Assembly (NCBI GenBank): GCA_037379345.1
Contig: CM074523.1
Coordinates: 4,038,525 to 4,102,524 of the forward strand
Source of the DNA: Perna viridis
Lineage: Eukaryota
Length of the DNA stretch: 64,000 nt
Direction: 5' to 3'
The translations under genes and the position numbers were made by a program. Below, in pieces: positions 38,680 through 53,800 of this stretch (position 1 is its first letter; the number at the start of each line of letters is the position of its first letter). The notes under the pieces are model-generated. The model searched no databases and was not told where the DNA came from. It saw nothing but the letters and a program-made list of their open reading frames with translations.

Positions 38680-38840
38680 CCAAAATTTGAGGAAACCAAA
38701 TACTTGCCCAAAACAGAATGAATCTTCAGGCCAAAATTTGTGGAAACCAAACACTTGCCCAAAACAGAATGAATCTTCAGGCCAAAATTTGTGGAAACCA
38801 AACACTTGCCCAAAACAGACTGAATATTCTGCGGCAAAAT
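38680..38840. repeat. 51-bp tandem repeat, ~3 copies
   Basis: Unit caaaatttgtggaaaccaaacacttgcccaaaacagaatgaatcttcaggc. Explains the 17-aa periodic ORFs. Confidence 0.9.
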
Positions 38841-40840
38841 ACAACCTTCAATGAGGTGAAAAATTGAAGAATTTGGTAACATAAAACATTTTCTTGAAAA
38901 TCATCTTGGATTAAACATTTTTTTCTGCAGAAAGGGGTAGGAATTCCAGAATGACCATGAAAAATCACATCTTGTAGGAGATAAGACTTATTACATACTT
39001 GCCTTGAACATGGTTCTTCACAGTACATGTGACATATATCCAACTCAATTTTTCCTGCAGAATTTTGCTGCACAAGATGCATATATCATACTGTAAATCA
39101 ATTGCAGTATGCAAAGATACAGAAATTAACAGTAAATTTTTAATTCATTAGATGAGTCATCTAAAAAATTGTCCAATATTATTCAAAATATCACTCTTAC
39201 AGCTAAAATGGAGAAAAATACCAAAAAAAAAAACCAAATTTAATTTTAACATACCCATTTCAACCTTTGTCCTTTTTCGATTGCATAATTAATCAGGTAA
39301 CATCTCAGACATGCATGCATGACAGGCTGATTATTGATCACCATGGAAACATGCACGACTCAGCAGGTGAGTCATTAGCTCACCTGAAAATTACTGCCAA
39401 AATGGATCAATAGCTGTCCAATTCAAAATTGGGATTAATAGAAAAAGTTTGAACAATTCATTTTTTTCTGTCAGCTTGAAGGTATAAGCCTAAATGGAAC
39501 AATTTTCAGATAAAATTTCATAAAATGACATTGTTTTGGGATAATAATTCATAAATTGGTAAAGTCTATAACTGTGGGACAGAAAAAGCAAATGAATCAC
39601 CCTATCATTTTTTTCCTTTAATTTGAGATGAAAGCAGAAAAAAAATCAATTGCAGATTACTATGTTTTTTTTTCTCTAGCTATAATTAGAAATCATTTTC
39701 AATCTGGAAATGGTAACAAAATGATTAAATTACACAGAACAATGATACAGATCTCTGGTCCAAACGAGAAATGAAAATTTTAATTTCAACAGAGAGCCAA
39801 ATGGAAAATTCAACATGTTACTGCTTTAATGAAGTATCTAATTGCATGCAGGCAGATTTAATTTACATTAAAATATTTTATCTTTTGGGTTTGTTTTGTA
39901 ACTACAAAATGGAGATAAATAACTGATCATTGGTTGTTAATGATCATATTCTTTTTTTTATACACAATGGCCATCCTATCATTATTCCTGAATATGCAAA
40001 TTTTCTTTGTCCATCATATGCTTTCACAAACTTTCTTCAGATGACAGATAATTATAACAGAGAAACAAATTATCACTTTCATCAAAATAGGATTCAAACT
40101 TATGTCATCTGTTTATAAATTGTGGTTGATAGAATTCTGACTATCAAATTACAACAAAACTCTCAGACAAAAATTCTGCTGTTCATCCAAAAATGTAAAT
40201 TATTCAATTTGAACATGCATTTCCTTTGTTTGGACAGGGAAAGTCTCAGGTGACAAAAATCAATGAACTTAACATCAAAGAGAGGAGAATAAGGTGGATA
40301 CAATGAAGGTCAAATATTGATATCAAGGTCAAATATGGATTACTACCGCCAACAATGATTTAAGTGCATAGCAAACTTCCTAGAAGAAAACTCAACAAGA
40401 CAAAGTGGAAAATCAAACAATTCCTTCAACATTATATAATGATGAAATGGCTTCCCTTTCATTAAAGGATAATTTCTTCTAAATCTAATGCCAGAGTCAT
40501 TAATATGAAACATATGACTTATACCTTTACATAGATAAGCAGTTGAAGCCAAAAATTCTACTGATGAAAAGCAGTGGAAAATTTGAAAATCAATTAAAAT
40601 CTTTAAAGATTCCTTAGCCTATGGAATATGCAAACAATGCAATATTTTAAAATCCTGAGATTTTATAAATGAACATGTCTCATACCTAAAATTCCTAAGA
40701 TTTCTTCAACAAAAAGAATAAAACACTTCATATTATCAGGAGGACATTCTGTTAGTAACTATAAATCATATAATTACATGCATGAAAATGTTTTGATTAA
40801 CAGCATTTAAGTACAGGCAGACATAAGAATCAAGCAAAGA

Positions 40841-40969
40841 GTGAATAACAAAAATTTGATCACGAGTGCCAAAGAATGCTTAGGTTAACCTGATATGCAA
40901 AATTTTTTCTGTGCAACAGTTCACTTTTCAAGCCTTCTTGGCACGAGTAAATATATTTTGGTTATTCAC
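40841..40969. mobile_element. Degenerate palindromic repeat/MITE core (cacgagt family)
   Basis: gtgaataacaaaaattt...gtgccaaagaa inverted against ttcttggcacgagt...ttttggttattcac. Confidence 0.55.
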
Positions 40970-43900
40970 AATAATCAATTCATTAAGGTATTAATTATAC
41001 ATTTTCTCTATAATTCATTGCTGTTTTCAACATAAAATGTAAATTTTGTGATGGACATACTGATATTAACATTGTGAGGTTTTGGCGGGAAAAAGTCTGA
41101 GAGTGAAACTACCAAATTTATTTCACAGTGTGAATTGTCGAATTAGGTTAAACTGTTTTACTAAACTTCATCAAGTTACAACTGTAATAGGTATTTTTGT
41201 AGCAAATGTGACTTTCTGAAACTTTAATGTTGAAAAAAAAATTACATGATGACTTATCATCGATCTCTATTTGCATGACTCTTAGATCAGCCTGTACTTA
41301 AACAACCAAGACATCTTATTCATTTATGGACAGACCTATATGACTGAAAACATGCATGAATTTCCTCACTGTAAAGGCAGTTGAAAAGTAATCAATTTAA
41401 ACTATTTATGATAATTTTGTACTAATTAACATGATGTAATTTCAATGCAGAGATCAACATGCATGAATGGTCAAAGGAAACATAATGAAGGAGATTTAAG
41501 TACACTGGGTCGAACAAACTGCTAAGTCAGCACATCTAGTTAGTAGAGGGCAATAGTCTTATATGGTTAACCACATCTAATTTTAAACATTCTATACAGG
41601 TTTGCTTTAATTAATACAACTGAAATTCAAGTCCATTTGTTTCATCACATAATTATGTATTTCCCCAAACACGAATTCATATTTTTTTCAAATTATTTTT
41701 TCATTGAAATGATCCAGTTAATATTTGCTCTAATTATGATGATAATATATCCAACACTACTCCTTATTTATACATGATGGAACATGCACAAAAAAAAACT
41801 TATTCCTTTATATTTAATGAAAAATAGCACCTTTCTATATGGTATGTGTCAGGAAAAAGACTTCACACAATCTACTAACAGATTCTTACAACATTATGGT
41901 AGGCTTATTATAGGAAAATTAACAGATTTTCAATTCTATAATCCAATTTCTAAACATCTTGTAGTTAATTCAATCATTTCCTTAGCTGTTCCTAACACTT
42001 TAAAACAAATATTGCATCACAGTTGATAGAAGAATTTATGGGTCATTAAAGCACACTGCTGTGTCAAAACATATCCACAAGTCAACCTAATTTTAAAGAA
42101 ATATATCCTTAACTGTTCCTACCCAAAGAGTTGATAAAAACAACATTATGTCAATATTTATACAGAAACCAGTGTGAAATTATGGCCTGTTATCCCATAA
42201 TGCCATATTATTGTGACATTATGACAAAATATTACATAAATCTGTCCTATAAAACTGTCAGCAGACAACAATTGTCATCATGGTCTCTGCTGTGCTTGAA
42301 TGAATGTAATAACAAATGTAAACAAAAATAAACTATTGGATTAAGAAGTGAATTCTTAAAGGGACTTCTGGGTACAGGAAAGAATTCTAAACCCCTTTTG
42401 CAAATATAACATTTTTCTGTTTCATTTTTACCCTACAATAAACCTACCAATCATTTAACTTGATACTAATGAGAACAAGACTATACATGAATCAATCAAG
42501 TGATGTGCTGAAAGTTGTAACCTTTTATTTGACTCATATTTTAAATAATTTGTTTTTTTTACAAAGTGCTGTCAATATCATGCCCTTGTATACATTTTTT
42601 CTTAAATTTCAAAATACTAAAGTCATTTCTACCAGACATTTGATTGGCAAAATTGAGATCTTAATAGCAAGTAGCCTACCATCCAAGGCAAAAGACACCT
42701 GCCAAATTCATTGAATAGAACATTTTAGACCACCAAAGAAAAACCAAAATATGAATTATGATGGCAAAAATTCACATAACTCATATTTTATTATGCCTTC
42801 TGTGAGGTTTTGTGAAACCCTTAATTACTATGTGCAGTTAAAAACAATGGTTAACCCATCAGCACTCCTAATAATTGATTATCTACACCTTAATTATCAA
42901 CTCAAAGCCAAAACTTCTAACAATGTCCACATTCTATATTGATAGTTTTTTTTTTCATTTAGTGCTTAATGTTTAAGGTATAGTAAAATTTTCTTATGGC
43001 TTAATTGGGATTGCGTTCAGGTCCAGATTACTGGGAGAATCATACAGGCTAGCGCTAGACTCTAGTGAAATCTAAAGAACTTTGATGAAAATATCTGCAA
43101 TGTATTCTAAGCTGCTGGAAAAAACCAAAAACAAACTATTCAATACATACTCTGAATTAAAGGAACTTCAATGACACAGACATAGCTTATGTTAGCTTCT
43201 GGGCAAGTCAATTACATGTATCAGCTTCCACATGTTTCATAACTAAGGGTTGAAAACAGCAGAACAATTTATACTATTGATAGTCAAATATCAATAACAA
43301 CATGCTCGCTAAGGCTCAATGTTAAAAGTTACAATCTTGGATACTGAAGCCTAAATTGGATTACTGTGTCTTATAAGGAAAATGGGAGTTTTGTTGACAA
43401 TGACTATAAAATCATGAATGGGTACACGTCCTCTAGAAATGAATAATGTGGTATTAAATTATTTGAGCATATAAACAGATGCACCATTTCTTGCCCATAT
43501 GTCAGATCTCTTCTCAGTAGATTGTTATACTATATAAGGAAAGGTAATTATATAATCACTAACTCTAAAACCCATGGAGACAAAATTATCAATTACAATT
43601 ATGTAAATTTCTCATTCATCATACTGTGTTTTATCAATGTCATTATGGTCCTGCTTACTCTAAAATCATGTGCACTTTAAGTGGCGCTTGCTTGTCCTAG
43701 AAAATATGTTTACGACACGCCACAATAGTTGTTGCAATAACCATTATAGCATTAAATATTTATAAAGGGAAATTTGAGTGAAAATTATTTTTTTTTTGAC
43801 ATGTCACGGTCTAGCTAGTTTGTTTGATTTGAATAAATATTTCATTTCAAGTACTTCTGTAGCTTAATGAGCAATTACAAAATGACAGAAAATGTTATAT

Positions 43901-44612
43901 GCAAGAATATGTAAAATGGTCATAAAAAGTAAAGTTTCCAATATGATCATAAAGTTTTTTATAAACTTTTTTTTAACCTAGTTATAAACTCTCCATATTC
44001 ACTCTTCAACAAGCAATCCAAAATATTTTAATTCAAACCACAATAAAACACTTCCAACTAAACAGAATCTAAGAATGGACTTTATTAGGTGTATTTCAAA
44101 AAGTCGCTAAAAACAGAAACAAAATCATTGCAAAAGAATAAAAGAAAGTAAAAACCAATAAATAATTTTATCCTTATTCAGCAAGTAAATCATACTCGAA
44201 CTCATAATGAACTAAGAAAACATGTTCATAACAACTCTTCAACACCATACTCAAAGCCAACAGAGAAAAAAACATTTCCTCCATCTAGGTTCAGAGAGTT
44301 CCTACCAATTTACATAATGCCTGATATGAAATAAAATCCAGAATAATAGTTCTAAAAACTGTCCGTGAGCAGTTTCCATATGAAGAGGAAGGATATGATC
44401 AGTATGTGTGCTTGTCCATGCATTAATGATCTAATTGTTCTGCATGTGCAAACACAGTTGACAGAATCGACAAATGTATTAATTCATTATGACTGACCGA
44501 GTTAATGTAGAGAAATGATTGATCCTAAAGATGTTGGAATATTATAGGTATTGATTGGAAAAAGTGAAACAACCATCATGAGAAAGGTGTCAGAACAATA
44601 TATAAGTACAGT

Positions 44613-44956
44613 TCGTCGTTTGTCTACCCTGGACTTTTTATGAGCTACTCGGCGGGTGTTTCTAGAAAAGCAGAGGACGCTTACCCTATCGATGCACCTG
44701 GTCCATGCTCCCAGTTTTTAGTGGAGTCCGAGTTGCACATTTGCTTTTGTTACTTTGTATGTATGATTTTAGTTACTTGATGTTCTTTGTTGTGTATGTC
44801 TGTTTTCCATGTCTGGTCTTTGTCCCTGGATTACATTCTTTTGATTACCGCTATAACCTTGGTTCCCTTGATTACTCTTTGATTACCGCTATAACCTTGG
44901 TTCCATTGATTACTCTTTGATTACCGCTATAAACTTGGTTCCCTTGATTACTCTTT
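44613..44956 (+). mobile_element. Solo 3'-tail copy of the Penelope-like element with triplicated 38-bp terminus
   Basis: Matches 23023-23291. Ends in (tttgattaccgctataaccttggttcccttgattactc) x3. Confidence 0.9.
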
Positions 44957-45960
44957 ATCTCAGTTTAATATTTTGTTTATTTGATAAAGTTTCTCCATTG
45001 TAATAATGTATAAACCAATGGTTCACAAGTTTAAGCCTAAAATACTACTATAAATAATGTGCAATATCCTTCAGTTTCATTCCATATCCCCTATTTTCCC
45101 CTGTATTATATTATCCCTTGCTTTTTACAAGGATGAGATGAGAGGAACAACAGGGAAAGATAAATTTGCAAAATTCTGATAAAAATACAGTATAATAAGG
45201 ATCTGTGATGGTCAAATCCAGAATTGTAAAAGTGGAAATCCATGAGTTTAAAGTCTGCATTTTCCAATATATGCATGAGGTCCTACAAAAAAGAACACCA
45301 TCCTTTAATATGTAGCCCAATGTGACCTGAAACCCTTCAATACCTGCTAAGTTACCTGATATCTTAGCTGATAGATCCCTAATATTCATATCACACTTAT
45401 AGTGTGATCAAATTAAACCAACTAAGGACAAAGTTTCTGTCTACTTCACCAGGTCAAAGAAGCCTGACAGAAATTGAGAGACTGATAAGATTTAATCCTA
45501 AATAAATATCAAATAGGTAAAAAGTGGACCATCTTTAACAACTGGAGTGCTATCTGTTTACCACAAACATTCGAAGCTGGTTATATTTCCTACTTCAGTT
45601 AACTGTAAAGTCCACTTCAACCATCAATAGGCCAAAGTAGAAAAAAATTGTGTTTTGATTATCCAGGAACCTTAAGGTTCTAAAGGTACTAGACTAAACT
45701 GTAACTAATTGTTCTAACCTTATATCAAACCAAACTTACCATGGCCTAAGATAGCCCTCGCTTTAAACAAAACAAATCTATACATTGGCCTAAGATTTAC
45801 AATGTTTTACACAGGCAACATTATTTCAAACGATTTTCACCTGAATAGAATTTGTGACAGAGTTCATGTGAAATTCAGGTGAATTGAGCATTCATATGAA
45901 AATCACATTAATTCATTGTGAAGTTTACATAAATTTTATGTGAACAAAATTTGCTTGTGT

Positions 45961-46050
45961 AAGACTGCCCTAACTCTGTACAGAACTAAATTTTACCATG
46001 GCCTAAGACTGTCCTAACCCTGTACCGAACAAAATTTGACCATGGCCTAC
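45961..46050. repeat. ~44-bp tandem repeat (accatggcctaagactg...), with related copies at 45738-45800
   Basis: aagactg.cctaac.ctgtac.gaac.aaattt.accatggccta occurs twice. Confidence 0.65.
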
Positions 46051-49000
46051 CATTTGTCTTAAATTCTATACTAAACAAATCTTTAAAGTATATATACCAT
46101 AAATCATGTTGGTGATAGGTAAAATACAGACATTTAAAGACAAACATTATTGGTAAAGTGATTTTAAAAGTTTCAAACAAAAATTTAAAGAATGCCCTAA
46201 ACATGCAGTCAAAGTGGCAGGTTTAAAATGAGATTGTTTTTTTTTGTTTTTTACATTGTCAAATGATAGAAAGTGATTGAATTGGGTTTAGACATTAAAC
46301 AGACATATTTTACATGCTGTAAAAATTTGATGTCTACATGTTTCATTTCCTCTTAGATGTGTAATTGTAGAACAAGGCTGAAATGTTTTGCAGATCCATT
46401 TCATGTACAGCACAATACAAAGTCGACAGAATTTGCTGACTTGACAAAATTTTGTCACCTTTTGTTTTACTTTATAAGACCTAAGCAAGTAATAAGTATA
46501 TTTTTAACATGTTTCTTTTTATTAAATTTTGAAAGTGCACATGTTTCATAGATATCTATGGCACACTGTTCTCTTTCTCCTGCAAAAATGTGTTAAATTA
46601 ATTGAGAATTTGCTTTCGTGGAGTGACCCTACCACAATAACTCATACCCGATGAAGAAAACATCTACTACAGAAACTGCCTGGAAATTCCTGTATTGACA
46701 TGGGCCATCAGTGGATAATTTCAAATTGCTACATGTAAATGTATGTGGTAAGCTGGCATTTCATTCTTTGCAAGAAGTCTACCAAAATTTTACCTACTTA
46801 AATTTTCAGTCAAATTATACCTTGCCTAGCCTTACACAAAACATCCATCAACAGTTAACATTTAATACGTTAATATCACACGCATACATCCTTATCATAC
46901 AAAAAAAACCTCAGAACAAAAAAGGTTTCAAAAAAGATGTGGCTCATCAACACCTCCCCCTGCTAAATAAGCCCCTAACATGCATGAACCTTAAACAGTA
47001 GACAAGATAGAAGATATCTTATCATGTACATATCTTCAAACATGTCAATCCTGTCTGATATTAAAACTTAAGTCATCCAAAAAAGATATTCTCCTGATAA
47101 CTTCACGTCCCCTGCAAAGATGTGCAACAAAGAATAATATTTTTTGAAATAACACTTAAGCCCTTCAAAGATTTGTAAACCTGAAAAAATAGAGAGAGGC
47201 AGATTCCATGAAGATGAAAACAAATGCTATAACTTCCTGGGGAGGACTATCTTCTTTACTCTTTCAAGGCTGAGAATTTGAAATGTCTTGGCAACTCTCT
47301 ACCAAAGATATACTGACATTAGAAAATACAAAATATCTTAGAAATCAACTCCTGGAGTGATTTATATAATATCGTTAAGTTTCAAGGCTAAAAACTTGTA
47401 TATCACTTTTAGACCTTGGTGTTATGTTAGTTCCACCCATTCTAATATTAATATTAAATAAAAGATAGATTTTTTTGATATTTTGAAATAGATAGTGCTA
47501 TCTAAGCCATAAGTATCATCTTCTATAGGATCAGATAATGATTCCTCAGGACATACACTTTTTGGTATTTTTTTTTTTAGAATACCTTCAAACTTTATCG
47601 TGAAATGTAGAACTTTTAAGGTATCTATTATTTCATAGTATCATTTTTTTAAGATTGGTCAAAAACTTCATTTATTCATAGATTTTTTGAATTCATGGAT
47701 TCTATAAAAATATCAGCTTTTGAAAATGCGTTTTTTTGTTGGGACTTTAAAAATGCACTTCAACAACAAAAAAAAAAAATACCCTAGGAAAATAGTTCTT
47801 CTACTGTATAGTAAAAAGTCATGATTTTAGCAAAACCATTAAATTTCAAACACAAGCTTGAATCATTGACTATAATGACACAATTCTACTTTCTGACTTG
47901 TCCTATCAAAGACTTCATTCATAGTTCAACACAGAGGTATAAACTGAGTGCATACTCATTTGATTTTAATATTATCTTTAGAAAAGTAAAACTTCAATTT
48001 TCCAGCTGTCAAAATGAATCAATATCTTGTCATTCACATTAAAATGACAAAAACATCACATTGTTTCCCTTGTAATAAAACAGTTGACAATTTGAATACA
48101 AAATTCTACCATGCGTTTACATCTCCATAAAAACACAAAACCCTTTTTCAAATACAAATAAACAGTTCCATAAATTTATAGACAATTATTGACCAATAAT
48201 TCAAAAATGTAAGCATTATCAATTTACCTGTTTGTTAAGAACAGATGTTTGCCAGTTTCCATTGCACCCCCGGTGTGATAATAATCCCTTTCCAATACGA
48301 AATGTACAAGAAATTGACAAGTTGATTCCCACCTGTACAACAGGTAAATATCGCTTACCTTACAGAAGACTTTTTTCAGCATGGTTTAATTCCACCTGTC
48401 AAATCTATTTATAGAATTGTAAGTTAGTTTTCCATGTCTTTAAAAGTCACAAATGATTTTGTCTTTGTTGTAATCTTCAGTAATCAAAAAGTCAACATTG
48501 TCCACCAATTTCCACCATTAATGTCTAACATTTCTTCTATTCATTAAATTATAATCATAATAAAACCCATTTTAAATCCATTTTCCCATTTAAATAGAAT
48601 TACTATTTATCTTACTACAAACAAATAGTAGGTTTCTGTCCATATAAAGAAAGTTAAATTCAAACATATAAAATCATCTCTCTATTTCTGTAACATGCTA
48701 TAAGGCATTTCTTGTTCATATGAGAAAAATCCATTCTGACGATTATGGTATTTTCACATTGAAATCCACTGACTTGCAATCAAGAAAACTATTTCCTTCA
48801 GTTACTTCCAAGCAAATGATGAAGTACTGTGATAAGTAAGCATTTCCTTTTTCTAATTACATGTACATGTATCTCAATCAAGGACTAAATGAATGCTGAT
48901 AAACAACTAAGCATTTCCTCTTTAAAACAGTACATGTATTTTTAATTCAAGGTCTTATGATTCATGAATGGGATTTAAGAAATTCTCAAGCTCTTTGACG

Positions 49001-50670
49001 AAACACATCTGTTGATAATATTGAAGAATGAACTTTCCTACAATTTTATCATCCAAAGGAACCCTTAACTTAATAGCATCTTCTAAAAAAAAAAGACTAA
49101 ATCATAGAATAGAATATAGAATATAGAATCCAATGAGAAACCAGCATACCGGTATCCTTAAAATGTCAAGTTAACTTACATTACTATAGAATTTACAGGT
49201 TCAAGCAAATATAATACATCCATTATATGCTGTCTGATTTGCAAGTTTAGGATCAATCTCTCTAAGTTCCATAATTTTTGTCCACAGACATACAGACAGA
49301 CTAGTTTTAAAACAATACCAGAGCCACAGCCATTAACCAAGGTCACATCCAAACAAGTACTTCCTTTAAATAATAATACAATTATTTCCCACTTAATGAT
49401 TAATTCTGATGCTGAAAATAGCAGTCTATGTAATTTTTCTGTGATAAGTAATTAGAATTTCCTCCTAGCTAGCTAAGCTGTTAGTGGTATGGAAACTGAT
49501 ACAATGATTGTAAGCTTTTCTCACCATTCAACAACCTATTGACATTTCATGCTGAAATATTTCATGACAAATTACATGTAACAGTACATGTAGTATGAAG
49601 TTAGATTCCAATCTCAATACTGTTGTACCAACTAAATACTGCATGAAAAAAAAATATGATTCAACTTCAACGTTTCAATCCTGGCTGTTTAAATCCTAGC
49701 CGATTCCAACTCTAATACATCAATACAGTACAAATACTAGTATATGCATATTTTACATGAAACAGTTATCCTTGCAAGTCAATTAAAATAGCAGCAAGAG
49801 TTATTTTCTCCAATTACTTCCCAAAAAGATCTAAGAACATAAGCATATAAAAGTTAAAAGATGAATGTTGTCTTGAATATAGTTACACAGACTTCAGGAA
49901 TCTAAGTGTGGACTAGCACAGATATACCAGCAATGCTAGTGGAAGGTCCAACAATCCTCATTTTTCACTGGGCTAAGAAATGCTTATACATGTACATGTA
50001 ATTTGAAGAATCTTGTCAATGTTTATATCAGGTGCTTTTTAAACTCAATCCCTGCTTCACATCACCAATACACTAAAATTCCCTACCATATTTTTCACCA
50101 GCTGCTATTTATACCCCAGCTTGGGCCCTATTCGGGTACACTAAAAAGTCCTCAGTAACTCCATGTTAAAGAAAAACAGGCATGATATCTAACATTATCC
50201 ATTATTATTTAATGGTACATCTAGATACAGTATCACTTAGCGTCATAAATGAAGTAGCACATACAACATAACAGATCATGACTTGTCAAATCTATGGTAA
50301 TCTGGAGCCAATAGTAACTTCTATCCTGATATCAGGGAGAAGTACCCACAACTCACAGGTTCACTGTCAGGAATAAATGAGAATCAAGCGTCTACCACTC
50401 AAAATTCCATAAAATACTGATTCTCTATCTTATCCATGTCTGAGAGGCCAATCAAAGCCATTCTGATGAATGTTCAATAATAAATAATGTTAGTACAGGC
50501 AGACATTACAAAGTGGTGATAGTAGAATTAACTCTTGGTATTCTATAAAAAAACAACTTATACAGCCATAAAATAACAGTTTCTAATCTTGACTTAGTGG
50601 TGTAAAATGAATGTTCATCATATTCTGGTAGATTGAAGTCAAATGATTACAAAAGTTTTTTAATGGAATA

Positions 50671-50885
50671 TTAAGTGATACTCCACCAAGTAACAGTGAA
50701 AAAAGGGAGATGGCAAAGTATTCAAAATGGCCTAACTCGAAAACTACATTTTGAAAAATTAATTGATGCCTTCTCTAGTTATCATTTGTAAACTGTCAGG
50801 GGAAGGGCAGATGGAGGGACAGACACACAACTATTCAGAGGGTATCACATATTATTTTGCCACTTCATATGGCAGGCTATAAAAA
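50671..50885 (+). mobile_element. Degenerate Helentron-type (HINE) remnant
   Basis: aagtgatactcc start with an inverted gggtatcac near the end, a ggacagac microsatellite, and a terminal gcca..tggc hairpin plus tataaaaa. Confidence 0.45.
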
Positions 50886-53800
50886 CATGAAGTTACATAT
50901 GTTGTTGTGCCAGATATACCCCATTTGTACAAGGATAACAATAACAATGTACAAAACTCACTTGTCTAGTGGGGTATAAATATCAAACAGAAATTTTATT
51001 AAGCATGTGAAATAGTTGAATATGTAAAAAAGAAATTTATATGTAACTTCTGTGAATATTCTAAATTTGAATACATCCTTGAGAGCTGATATTTATTCTT
51101 AAAGATTTGTCTCCAAGCTGTAATCTCTATCATCAGATCACTACATAACAAGTCTATATATAATTCTCATGAAATTTACAAGTATTCTAAAATTGTGACT
51201 ACTCCAATTAATTGTCTATGCAAGCAACAAGTCTAAAATGTCTTCATTAAGTAGTCTCTAAATGTGAAGCTCTATCATAGCATAGTGAGAATAAAATTAC
51301 TACAAATATCAATGTAACATTAAAGCGATTTATGATCCAGCTTCAAGTCTAATAAAGCATAACACCTTAGTGACTGAATGTTGGTAGAAATCATAGCTGT
51401 TCCATCATAGCATATATCAATAATGGCTGATCGTCAAATAAACCCTTCACTGCTCAATCAGACCAGAACACTTGTACATTGAAATACATCACAATTTAAT
51501 TCATCATTTATATTTATATTTATTTAGAGGTACTGGTCCTTATAAATATCATGCAAGGTTTTTTTAATCACCATTGTTTGTTCGATTGAGAATTTCTGAA
51601 TTGCTGAAAGATCGGTGATCATAGGAACCTTGGCATTACATATAAAAATGGTTTGTTACCAAACTATATTTAACATGGAATCGTAATTTTCATTTGACAT
51701 CTCGGTAAGCTATAGTATAACATAAGGGTTCTAAATCATACATTTTTTTCACTTTTGCTCTGAGTAAAATATCCACAAATGTGTTACCTCCCTTGCTTAA
51801 ATATAACCTAGGGATATAAATCAATGATGTTATATAAACAGCTGTGATAACATTATACATCAGTGTGAGACAATGAACAGCCAATATTGGCTTCCTTTCT
51901 ACTTTATGACTTTTTTTATTTCTTATTTCCTGAAATTGAGATAAAAATAGGAGTACATTTAATGGCTTTCCTTTTTCAGGGTTCCATTTTAGATGTTATA
52001 TTACGTAATTTAGCATAAAAAAGTTCTGGAAAATCCAGAAGTAAAAAAAATCAAATAAAAATTGAACATGTTTTTTTTTTTTTAACTTACATAGGCTAAT
52101 TAATATAGTATAAAGAAACAGAACAATCTGAATACAAGGCAGAGGGTTTACAAAAGTTTTCTCACAGCTTTGTCAAACAGTGTTTATTCAAGATAACTTT
52201 CACTTTCAGTTCAGGAACAGTCTGATTGCTAGATGCAGCAATATAGCCCTTGCTACTGGTAATACTAATTTTTGAAGACTCATGACTCCCATAAAATTTT
52301 ATAGAATCCTTATATGATATTGGGAGAAGACCCATATATATAGGATTTAAAACCATCCAACAAAATTTCAGCAAAACCTGATTACCAGTATTGGTTGACC
52401 TGCACCCAATATAGCACCTATAATGGACTGACAGACAGACAGATGCTGACAATCTAACAACTCATTGCAAAAATAAGAAAAAAAGGTAAGACATTCTATA
52501 CCTCAGGACTAACATGTGTTATTCAATACAATAGGCATCTGTTATGTTATTTCCTAGCTCAATTTTATCTTATTGTTTGAAGAATTTACTTGCAATACAC
52601 CAGTTCTTTTTAATCTTATACATCTGTCAGATCAATTCTAAAATCAATTCACCTATGTAAGAGTTACCTCCCCTTTCTACAATACACATTGTCCTGCTTC
52701 CATCCAATTCTGTTAGAATTGATACATAATTAATAATTTGCTTCAAAATTAATGCAACAGTTGTAATATAATGACAAAATCATGATGAATTTATCCAGAT
52801 TTTCGATTTATTTCCGTAACTTAAACAGATTTGGGAAAAATAATATATCAAATATCATCTAATTCATCACAATAAGTGAAAATTCAATGAATGTTTTGAT
52901 AGAGATGTCAAACCTCATATGTCAGCTAAATTCAGCAACAATCAACAAGTATCAGAGTTTATTGAACTCCTGTTCATTAATTTGATTCCATTGGTAAAAA
53001 GCAAAGAAAAAAATAAAATAAAAGTTTTTGTCCTATTCCAAATTTTAAATGGTTTTTATCTGGCATTTTTATTAAAAAATGGTTAATACATGTTAAAATT
53101 AGAAATTAGCTGCAGACAAGTTTACATGGAGGTACTGCACAAATACTTGATATCCTAAAGTGTAACAGAGTTGACATCTTTTTCTTACATATAAATAAAA
53201 TATGGAGAGAGACTTACCTACCACTGGCAATCCTTCCAAATGTTTCAGTCAATTTACAATATATATTTCATACTTTAACACCTTCACAATATCAATCAAG
53301 TCATTTAAAAAACCACAATGAACAAAAACCAAACAACTGAAAATACTTCACTAATTTACATATTTTATATTAACAACTTTTATTGATTTGCATATTTTGT
53401 ATTAACAACACATGTTTTTGTTGTATCACGACTGTTCATTACATTTCTCACCCATTATGTATCTTGCTCAAATCTGCCAATTTCTCATATATACAAAACA
53501 TCTTAACGACTCCAAATGGATTTGTATTTAATTACACAAATAATTTTCTAACCATTTAAACCTACCGGAAGATCATTCCGTTTAATCGCTTCGATGTATT
53601 CATGATTATTAATAAAAACATATCAACTGAGTATAGATACTTGAAAGAAATAAATTTGATTCATATGTATTTTGTATCCATTTAAAAGTATCTATTTAAT
53701 GCAAGGTACTTGAAAGAAAAGGATTTTTAAATAAGTACTACTATGACCAGTGCTTTGGAAAATAGATTCAATTCACTAGCATTTTTTTCCAAAACATATC

